Shown: positions 53,501 to 64,000 of the stretch, piece after piece
Position numbering within the stretch: the first letter of the stretch is position 1
Layout of the letters: each line of letters begins with the position of its first letter
Assembly (NCBI GenBank): GCA_964247055.1
Contig: OZ176054.1
Span: 496,001-560,000, forward strand
DNA length: 64,000 nt
DNA from: Paragordius varius
Taxonomy: Eukaryota; Animalia; Nematomorpha
Direction of reading: 5' to 3'
Position numbers and translations under genes: made by a program
Notes under the pieces: generated by a model
What the model saw: only the letters and a program-made list of their open reading frames with translations
The model's database searches: none
Told to the model about the DNA's origin: nothing

Positions 53501-54292
53501 TATTTTTTATACATTCTCTTAGCAAGACTACATCAAAATATAGAGATAGTTTGGCAAACTCTTTCATCCGATTTTTACAACGATACTTTAAAAATTAATG
53601 TATAAAACTAGTCGCATCAATACTCAAGTTAAATTTTGTCCTTAAAAATGGGATATTGGTCACCGGTGAACAAAATTATTTTTTATACATTCTCTTAGTA
53701 AGACTACATCAAAATATAGACATAGTTTGACAAACTCTTTTATATCCGATTTTTACAACGATACTTTAAAAATTAATGTATAAAAGTAGTCGCATCAATA
53801 CTCAAGTCAAATTTTGTCATTAAAAATGTGATATTGATCACCGGTGAACAAAACTATTTTTATACATTCTCTCTGTAAGACTACATCAAAATATAGAAAT
53901 AGTTTGACAAACTCTTTCATATCCGATTTTTACAACGATACTTTAAAAATTAATGTATAAAACTAGTCGTATCAATATATCGCATCAATACTCAAGTTAA
54001 ACTTTGTCCTTAAAAATCGGATATTGGTCACCGGTGAACAAAATTATTTTTTATACATTCTCTTAGTAGGACTACATCAAAATATAGAGATAGTTTGGCA
54101 AAATTTTTTATATCCGATTTTTACAACGATACATAAAAAATTAATGTATAAAACTAGTCGCATCAATACTCAAATTAAACTTTATCCTTAAAAATCGAAA
54201 ATTGGTCACCGGTGAACAAAATTATTTTTTATACATTCTCTTAGTAAGACTACATCAAAATATAGAGATAGTTTGACAAACTCTTTCGTATC
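50570..54292 (+). repeat. About 1.4-kb block duplicated at +2,323/2,322 (13 monomers), with a partial third copy at +1,257 between the two
   Basis: CATTAAAAATGTG 51495/53818; GGCAAAATTTTTT 51775/54097; CACCAGTGAAG at 51162, 52419 and 53485. Confidence 0.87.
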
Positions 54293-54559
54293 CGATTTTT
54301 ACAACGATACTTTAAAAATCAATGTGTTAAACTAGTCGCATCAATACTCAAGTTAAACTTTGTCCTTAAAAATCGGATATTGGTCACCGGTGAACAAAAT
54401 TATTTTTTATACATTATCTTAGTAAGACTACATCAAAATATAGAGATAGTTTGACAAACTCTTTCATATCCGATTTTTACAACGATACTTTAAAAATTAA
54501 TGTATTAAACTAGTCGCATCAATACTCAAGTTAAACTTTGTCCTTAAAAATCGGATATT

Positions 54560-55990
54560 GGTCACCGGTGAACAAAATAATTTTTTATACATTCTCTTAG
54601 TAAGACTACATCAAAATATAGAGATAGTTGGACAAACTCTTTCATATCCGATTTTTACAACGATACTTAAAAAATTAATGTATTAAACTAGTGGTATCAA
54701 TACTCAAGTTAAACTTTGTCCTTAAAAATCGGATATTGGTCTCCGGTGAACAAAATTATTTTTTATACATTCTCTTAGCAAGACTACATCAAAATATAGA
54801 GATATTTGACAAACTCTTTTATATCCGATTTTTACAACGATACTTTATAAATTAATGTATAAAACTAGTCGTATCAATAAGTCGCATCAATACTCAAGTT
54901 AAACTTTGTCCTTAAAAATCGGATATTGGTCACCGGTGAACAAAATAATTTTTTATACATTCTCTTAGTAAGACTACATCAAAATATAGAGATAGTTTGA
55001 CAAACTCTTTCATATCCGATTTTTACAACGATACTTTAAAAATTATGGTATTAAACCAGTCGCATCAATACTCAAGTTAAACTTTGTCCTTAAAAATCGA
55101 TTATTGGTCACCGGTGAACAAAATTATTTCTTATACATTCTCTTAGTAAGACTACATCAAAATATAGAGATAGTTTGACAAACTCTTTCATATCCGATTT
55201 TTACAACGATACTTTAAAAATTAATGTATAAAACTAGTCGCATCAATACTCAAGTTAAACTTTGTCCTTAAAAATCGGATATTGGTCACCGGTGAACAAA
55301 ATAATTTTTTATACATTCTCTTAGTAAGACTACATCAAAATATAGAGATAGTTGGACAAACTCTTTCATATCCGATTTTTACAACGATACTTAAAAAATT
55401 AATGTATTAAACTAGTGGTATCAATACTCAAGTTAAACTTTGTCCTTAAAAATCGGATATTGGTCTCCGGTGAACAAAATTATTTTTTATACATTCTCTT
55501 AGCAAGACTACATCAAAATATAGAGATATTTGACAAACTCTTTTATATCCGATTTTTACAACGATACTTTATAAATTAATGTATAAAACTAGTCGTATCA
55601 ATAAGTCGCATCAATACTCAAGTTAAACTTTGTCCTTAAAAATCGGATATTGGTCACCGGTGAACAAAATAATTTTTTATACATTCTCTTAGTAAGACTA
55701 CATCAAAATATAGAGATAGTTTGACAAACTCTTTCATATCCGATTTTTACAACGATACTTTAAAAATTATGGTATTAAACCAGTCGCATCAATACTCAAG
55801 TTAAACTTTGTCCTTAAAAATCGGATATTGGTCACCGGTGAACAAAATTATTTCTTATACATTCTCTTAGTAAGACTACATCAAAATATAGAGATAGTTT
55901 GACAAACTCTTTCATATCCGATTTTTACAACGATACTTTAAAAATTAATGTATAAAACTAGTCGCATCAATACTCAAGTTAAACTTTATC
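54560..55990 (+). repeat. Tandem 4-mer duplication, +724
   Basis: GTTGGACAAA 54627/55351, TAGTGGTATC 54689/55413. Confidence 0.85.
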
Positions 55991-57444
55991 CTTAAAAATT
56001 GGATATTGGTCACCGGTGAACAAAATAATTTTTTATACATTCTCTTAGTAAGACTACATCAAAATATAGAGATAGTTTGACAAACTCTTTCATATCCGAT
56101 TTTTACAATACGTTAAAAACTATGGTATTAAACTAGTCGCATCAATACTCAAATTAAACTTTGTCCTTAAAAATCGGATATTTGTCACCGGTGAACAAAA
56201 TTATTTTTAATATATTCTCTTAGCAAGACTACATCAAAATATAGAGATAGTTTGACAAACTCTTTCATATCCGATTTTTACAACGATACTTTAAAAATTA
56301 ATGTATAAAACTAGTCGTATCAATAAATCGCATCAATACTCAAGTTAAACTTTGTCCTTAAAAATCGGATATTGGTCACCGGTGAACAAAATTATTTTTT
56401 ATACATTCTCTTAGTAAGACACATAAAATATAGAGATAGTTTGACAAACTCTTTCTTATCCGATTTTTACAACGATACGTTAAAAATTATGGTATTAAAC
56501 TAGTCGCATCAATACTCAAATTAAACTTTGTCCTTAAAAATCGGATATTGGTCACCGTTGAACAAAATTATTTTTTATATATTCTCTTAGTAAGACTACA
56601 TCAAAATATAGAAATAGTTTGACAAACTCTTTCATATCCGATTTTTACAACGATACTTTAAAATTTAATGTATTAAACTAGTCGCATCAATATTCAAATT
56701 AAACTTTGTCCTTAAAAATTGGATATTGGTCACCGGTGAACAAAATAATTTTTTATACATTCTCTTAGTAAGACTACATCAAAATATAGAGATAGTTTGA
56801 CAAACTCTTTCATATCCGATTTTTACAACGATACGTTAAAAATTATGGTATTAAACTAGTCGCATCAATACTCAAATTAAACTTTGTCCTTAAAAATCGG
56901 ATATTTGTCACCGGTGAACAAAATTATTTTTAATATATTCTCTTAGCAAGACTACATCAAAATATAGAGATAGTTTGACAAACTCTTTCATATCCGATTT
57001 TTACAACGATACTTTAAAAATTAATGTATAAAACTAGTCGTATCAATAAATCGCATCAATACTCAAGTTAAACTTTGTCCTTAAAAATCGGATATTGGTC
57101 ACCGGTGAACAAAATTATTTTTTATACATTCTCTTAGTAAGACTACATAAAATATAGAGATAGTTTGACAAACTCTTTCATATCCGATTTTTACAACGAT
57201 ACGTTAAAAATTATGGTATTAAACTAGTCGCATCAATACTCAAATTAAACTTTGTCCTTAAAAATCGGATATTGGTCACCGGTGAACAAAATTATTTTTT
57301 ATATATTCTCTTAGAGAGACTACATCAAAATATTGAGATAGTTTGACAAACTCTTTCATATCCGATTTTTACAACGATACTTTAATAATTAATGTATAAA
57401 ACTAGTCGTATCAATAAATCGCATCAATACTCAAGTTAAACTTT

Positions 57445-60400
57445 GTCCTTAAAAATCGGATATTGGTCACCGGTGAACAAAATTATTTTTTATACATTCT
57501 CTTAGTAAGACTACATCAAAATATAGAGATAGTTTGACAAACTCTTTCATATCCGATTTTTAAACGATACTTTAAAAATTAATGTGTTAAACTAGTCGCA
57601 TCAATACTCAAGTTAAACTTTGTCCTTAAAAATCGAATATTGGTCACCGGTGAACAAAATTATTTTTTATATATTCTCTTAGTAAGACTACATCAAAATA
57701 TAGAAATAGTTTGACAAACTCTTTCATATCCGATTTTTACAACGATACTTTAAAATTTAATGTATTAAACTAGTCGCATCAATATTCAAATTAAACTTTG
57801 TCCTTAAAAATCGGATATTGGTCACCGGTGAACAAAATTATTTTTTATACATTCTCTTAGTAGGACTACATCAAAATATAGAGATACTTTGACAAACTCT
57901 TTCGTATCCGATTTTTACAACGATACTTTAAAACACAATGTGTTAAACTAGTCGCATCAATACTCAAGTTAAACTTTGTCCTTAAAAATCGGATATTGGT
58001 CACCGGTGAACAAAATTATTTTTTATACATTATCTTAGTAAGACTACATCAAAATATAGAGATAGTTTTACAAACTCTTTCATATCCGATTTTTACAACG
58101 ATACTTTAAAAATTAATGTATTAAACTAGTCGCATCAATACTCAAGTTAAACTTTGTCCTTAAAAATCGGATATTGGTCACCGGTGAACAAAATAATTTT
58201 TTATACATTCTCTTAGTAAGACTACATCAAAATATAGAGATAGTTGGACAAACTCTTTCATATCCGATTTTTACAAGGATACTTAAAAAATTAATGTATT
58301 AAACTAGTGCTATCAATACTCAAGTTAAACTTTGTCCTTAAAAATCGGATATTGGTCTCCGGTGAACAAAATTATTTTTTATACATTCTCTTAGCAAGAC
58401 TACATCAAAATATAGAGATATTTGACAAACTCTTTCATATCCGATTTTTACAACGATACTTTATAAATTAATGTATAAAACTAGTCGTATCAATAAGTCG
58501 CATCAATACTCAAGTTAAACTTTGTCCTTAAAAATCGGATATTGGTCACCGGTGAACAAAATAATTTTTTATACATTCTCTTAGTAAGACTACATCAAAA
58601 TATAGAGATAGTTTGACAAACTCTTTCATATCCGATTTTTACAACGATACGTTAAAAATTATGGTATTAAACTAGTCGCATCTATACTCAAATTAAACTT
58701 TGTCCTTAAAAATCGGATATTGGTCACCGGTGAACAAAATTATTTTTTATATATTCTCTTAGCAAGACTACATCAAAATATAGAGATAGTTTGGCAAACT
58801 CTTTCATCCGATTTTTACAACGATACTTTAAAAATTAATGTATAAAACTAGTCGCATCAATACTCAGGTTAAATTTTGTCCTTAAAAATGGGATATTGGT
58901 CACCGGTGAACAAAATTATTTTTTATACATTCTCTTAGTAAGACTACATCAAAATATAGACATAGTTTGACAAACTCTTTTATATCCGATTTTAACAACG
59001 ATACTTTAAAAATTATGGTATTAAACCAGTCGCATCAATACTCAAGTCAAACTTTGTCCTTAAAAATCGGATATTGGTCACCGGTGAACAAAATTATTTC
59101 TTATACATTCTCTTAGCAAGACTCTCAAAATATAGAGATAGTTTGACAAACTCTTTCATATCCGATTTTTACAACGATACGTTAAAAATTATGGTATTAA
59201 ACTAGTCGCATCTATACTCAAATTAAACTTTGTCCTTAAAAATCGGATATTGGTCACCGGTGAACAAAATTATTTTTTATATATTCTCTTAGCAAGACTA
59301 CATCAAAATATAGAGATAGTTTGACAAACTCTTTCCTATCCGATTTTTACAACGATACTTTAAAAATTAATGTATAAAACGAGTCGTATCAATAAATCGC
59401 ATCAATACTCAAGTTAAACTTTGTCATTAAAAATCGGATATTGGTCACCGGTGAACAAAATTATTTTTTACAAATTCTCTTAGTAGGACTACATCAAAAT
59501 ATAGAGATAGTTTGGCAAACTCTTTCATATCCGATTTTTACAACGATACTTTAAAATTAATGTATTAAACTAGTCGCATCAATACTCAAGTTAAACTTTG
59601 TCCTTAAAAATCGGATATTGGTCTCCGGTGAACAAAATAATTTTTTATACATTCTCTTAGTAAGACTACATCAAAATATAGAGATAGTTTGACAAACTCT
59701 TTCATATCCGATTTTTACAACGATACGTTAAAAATTATGGTATTAAACTAGTCGCATCAATACTCAAATTAAACTTTGTCCTTAAAAATCGGATATTGGT
59801 CACCGGTGAACAAAACTATTTTTTATATATTCTCTTAGCAAGACTGCATCAAAATATAGAGATAGTTTGACAAACTCTTTCATATCCGATTTTTACAACG
59901 ATACTTTAAAAATTAATGTATAAAACTAGTCGTATCAATAAATCGCATCAATACTCAAGTTAAACTTTGTCCTTAAAAATCGGATATTGGTCACCGGTGA
60001 ACAAAATTATTTTTTATACATTCTCTTACTAAGACTACATCAAAATATAGAGATAGTTTGACAAACTTTTTCATATCCGATTTTTACAACGATACTTTAA
60101 AAATTAATGTGTTAAACTAGTCGCATCAATACTCAAGTTAAACTTTGTCCTTAAAAATCGAATATTGGTCACCGGTGAACAAAATTATTTTTTATATATT
60201 CTCTTAGTAAGACTACATCAAAATATAGAAATAGTTTGACAAACTCTTTCATATCCGATTTTTACAACGATACTTTAAAATTTAACGTATTAAACTAGTC
60301 GCATCAATACTCAAATTAAACTTTGTCCCTAAAAATCGGATATTGGTCACCGGTGAACAAAATTATATTTTATATATTCTCTTAGTAAGACTACATCAAA

Positions 60401-63400
60401 ATATAGAGATAGTTTGACAAACTCTTTCCTATCCGATTTTTACAACGATACTTTAAAAATTAATGTATAAAACGAGTCGTATCAATAAATCGCATCAATA
60501 CTCAAGTTAAACTTTGTCATTAAAAATCGGATATTGGTCACCGGTGAACAAAATTATTTTTTACAAATTCTCTTAGTAGGACTACATCAAAATATAGAGA
60601 TAGTTTGGCAAACTCTTTCATATCCGATTTTTACAACGATACTTTAAAATTAATGTATTAAACTAGTCGCATCAATACTCAAGTTAAACTTTGTCCTTAA
60701 AAATCGGATATTGGTCTCTGGTGAACAAAATAATTTTTTATACATTCTCTTAGTAAGACTACATCAAAATATAGAGATAGTTTGACAAACTCTTTCATAT
60801 CCGATTTTTACAACGATACTTTAAAAATTAATGTATTAAACTAGTCGCATCAATACTCAAGTTAAACTTTGTCCTTAAAAATCGGATATTGGTCACCGGT
60901 GGACAAAATTATTTTTTATATATTCTCTTAGCAAGACTACATCAAAATATAGAGATAGTTTGACAAACTCTTTCATATCCGATTTTTACAACGATACTTT
61001 AAAAATTAATGTATAAAACTAGTCGCATCAATACTCAACTTAAACTTTGTCATAAAAAATCGAATATTGGTCACCGGTGAAGAAAATTATTTTTTATACA
61101 TTCTCTTAGTAAGACTACATCAAAATATAGATATAGTTTGACAAACTCTTTCATATCCGATTTTTACAACGATACTTTAAAAATTAATGTATTAAACTAG
61201 TCGCATCAATACTCAAGTTAAACTTTGTCCTTAAAAATCGGATATTGGTCACCGGTGAACAAAATTATTTTTTATATATTCTCTTAGCAAGACTACATCA
61301 AAATATAGAGGTAGTTTAACAAACTCTTTCATATCCGATTTTTACAACGATACTTTAAAAATTAATGTATAAAACGAGTCGTATCAATAAATCGCATAAA
61401 TACTCAAGTTAAACTTTGTCCTTAAAAATCGGATATTGGTCACCGGTGCACAAAATTATTTTTTATACATTCTCTTAGTAGGACTACATCAAAATATAGA
61501 GATAGTTTGGCAAACTCTTTCATATCCGCTTTTTACAACGATACTTTAAAAATTAATGTATTAAACTAGTCGCATCAATACTCAAGTTAAACTTTGTCCT
61601 TAAAAATCGGATATTGGTCTCCGGTGAACAAAATAATTTTTTATATATTCTCTTAGCAAGACTACATCAAAATATAGAGATAGTTTGACAAACTCGTTCA
61701 TATCCGATTTTTACAACGATACTTTAAAAATTAATGTATAAAACTAGTCGTATCAATAAATCGCATCAATACTCAAGTTAAACTTTGTCCTTAAAAATCG
61801 GATATTGGTCACCGGTGCACAAAATTATTTTTTATACATTCTCTTAGTAGGACTACATCAAAATATAGAGATAGTTTGGCAAACTCTTTCATATCCGATT
61901 TTTACAACGATACTTTAAAAATTAATGTATTAAACTAGTCGCATCAATACTCAAGTTAAACTTTGTCCTTAAAAATCGGATATTGGTCACCGGTGCACAA
62001 AATTATTTTTTATACATTCTCTTAGTAGGACTACATCAAAATATAGAGATAGTTTGGCAAACTCTTTCATATCCGATTTTTACAACGATACTTTAAAAAT
62101 TAATGTATTAAACTAGTCGCATCAATACTCAAGTTAAACTTTGTCCTTAAAAATATATTGGTCTCCGGTGAACAAAATATTTTTTTATACATTCTCTTAG
62201 TAAGACTACATCAAAATATAGAGATAGTTTGACAAACTCTTTCATATCCGATTTTTACAACGATACTTTAAAAATTAATGTATTAAACTAGTCGCATCAA
62301 TACTCAAGTTAAACTTTGTCCTTAAAAATATATTGGTCTCCGGTGAACAAAATAATTTTTCATACATTCTCTTAGTAAGACTACATCAAAATATAGAGAT
62401 AGTTTGACAAACTCTTTCATATCCGATTTTTACAACGATACTTTAAAAATTAATGTATTAAACTAGTCGCATCAATACTCAAATTAAACTTTGTCCTTAA
62501 AAATCGGATATTGGTCACCGGTGAACAAAATTATTTTTTATACATTCTCTTAGTAAGACTACATTAAAATATAGAGATAGTTTGACAAACTCTTTCATAT
62601 CCGATTTTTAAACGATACTTTAAAAATTAATGTGTTAAACTAGTCGCATCAATACTCAAGTTAAACTTTGTCCTTAAAAATCGAATATTGGTCACCGGTG
62701 AACAAAATTATTTTTTATATATTCTCTTAGTAAGACTACATCAAAATATAGAAATAGTTTGACAAACTCTTTCATATCCGATTTTTACAACGATACTTTA
62801 AAATTTAATGTATTAAACTAGTCGCATCAATATTCAAATTAAACTTTGTCCTTAAAAATCGGATATTGGTCACCGGTGAACAAAATTATTTTTTATACAT
62901 TCTCTTAGTAGGACTACATCAAAATATAGAGATACTTTGACAAACTCTTTCGTATCCGATTTTTACAACGATACTTTAAAACACAATGTGTTAAACTAGT
63001 CGCATCAATACTCAAGTTAAACTTTGTCCTTAAAAATCGGATATTGGTCACCGGTGAACAAAATTATTTTTTATACATGATCTTAGTAAGACTACATCAA
63101 AATATAGAGATAGTTTTACAAACTCTTTCATATCCGATTTTTACAACGATACTTTAAAAATTAATGTATTAAACTAGTCGCATCAATACTCAAGTTAAAC
63201 TTTGTCCTTAAAAATCGGATATTGGTCACCGGTGAACAAAATAATTTTTTATACATTCTCTTAGTAAGACTACATCAAAATATAGAGATAGTTGGACAAA
63301 CTCTTTCATATCCGATTTTTACAAGGATACTTAAAAAATTAATGTATTAAACTAGTGCTATCAATACTCAAGTTAAACTTTGTCCTTAAAAATCGGATAT

Positions 63401-64000
63401 TGGTCTCCGGTGAACAAAATTATTTTTTATACATTCTCTTAGCAAGACTACATCAAAATATAGAGATATTTGACAAACTCTTTCATATCCGATTTTTACA
63501 ACGATACTTTATAAATTAATGTATAAAACTAGTCGTATCAATAAGTCGCATCAATACTCAAGTTAAACTTTGTCCTTAAAAATCGGATATTGGTCACCGG
63601 TGAACAAAATAATTTTTTATACATTCTCTTAGTAAGACTACATCAAAATATAGAGATAGTTTGACAAACTCTTTCATATCCGATTTTTACAACGATACGT
63701 TAAAAATTATGGTATTAAACTAGTCGCATCTATACTCAAATTAAACTTTGTCCTTAAAAATCGGATATTGGTCACGGGTGAACAAAATTATTTTTTATAT
63801 ATTCTCTTAGCAAGACTACATCAAAATATAGAGATAGTTTGGCAAACTCTTTCATCCGATTTTTACAACGATACTTTAAAAATTAATGTATAAAACTAGT
63901 CGCATCAATACTCAGGTTAAATTTTGTCCTTAAAAATGGGATATTGGTCACCGGTGAACAAAATTATTTTTTATACATTCTCTTAGTAAGACTACATCAA
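57445..64000 (+). repeat. At least 1.5-kb block duplicated at +5,048 (about 28 monomers); the second copy runs off the window end
   Basis: AAACACAATG 57931/62979, TAGTGCTATC 58305/63353, TCTATACTCA 58681/63729, TACTCAGGTT 58861/63909. At least two point differences were seen. Confidence 0.9.

Larger units (their letters stand above)
1..64000 (+). repeat. Tandem satellite DNA array, 178-bp modal monomer (length variants about 146, 171-177 and 191 bp), single orientation, extends beyond both window ends
   Basis: Monomer starts (TAGTAAG/TAGCAAG/TAGAGAG) at 1, 176, 367, 542, 720, 911, 1086, 1263, 1441 and onward, with the last partial copy at 63984. 1263-1440 is 178 bp. The consensus has 49 G+C in 178 bp. 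No non-satellite sequence was seen on reading through. The strand is arbitrary. Confidence 0.99.

Noticed and set aside
1-64000. Protein-coding or repetitive-protein ORF
   Set aside because: All three + strand frames of the consensus hit stops; the longest open stretch is about 43 codons. The 178-bp period shifts frame each copy and indels of any length are tolerated. The - strand also has frequent stop triplets, although I did not translate it fully.
1-64000. CRISPR array
   Set aside because: There are no unique spacers; the entire unit is repeated, and no cas genes are present.
1-64000. Arabidopsis CEN178 or primate alpha satellite
   Set aside because: Only the length is similar. I see none of the sequence I associate with those families, and the GC content is lower.
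1-64000. tRNA, rRNA or 5S-derived repeat
   Set aside because: No recognisable A/B boxes, cloverleaf or rRNA motifs, and the GC content is too low.

Overview
The whole 64 kb window is one uninterrupted, head-to-tail array of an AT-rich (about 27-28% GC) satellite DNA. The modal monomer is 178 bp, and there are roughly 355-360 monomers, all in the same orientation. By-eye consensus: TAGTAAGACTACATCAAAATATAGAGATAGTTTGACAAACTCTTTCATATCCGATTTTTACAACGATACTTTAAAAATTAATGTATAAAACTAGTCGCATCAATACTCAAGTTAAACTTTGTCCTTAAAAATCGGATATTGGTCACCGGTGAACAAAATTATTTTTTATACATTCTCT. I see no genes, RNA genes, transposon insertions, CRISPR array or strand switch. The array is cut off at both window ends. It resembles eukaryotic (peri)centromeric or heterochromatic satellite, but I do not recognise the family or species; the length equals Arabidopsis CEN178 but the sequence does not match it. 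There is no evidence for a new gene-based system. The interesting signal is internal. (1) Each monomer carries a 14-bp perfect inverted repeat and a 10-bp palindrome, and several recurrent variants lengthen these. (2) A 13-bp internal duplication gives 191-bp monomers and shows contraction or recombination products. (3) Nested, in-register duplications of 1 to 28 monomers can be ordered in time, including a 4,993-bp tandem duplication with a hybrid junction monomer. (4) The set of diagnostic variants turns over at about 31.1-31.7 kb. All offsets were read by hand from diagnostic variants; I did not run a full alignment.
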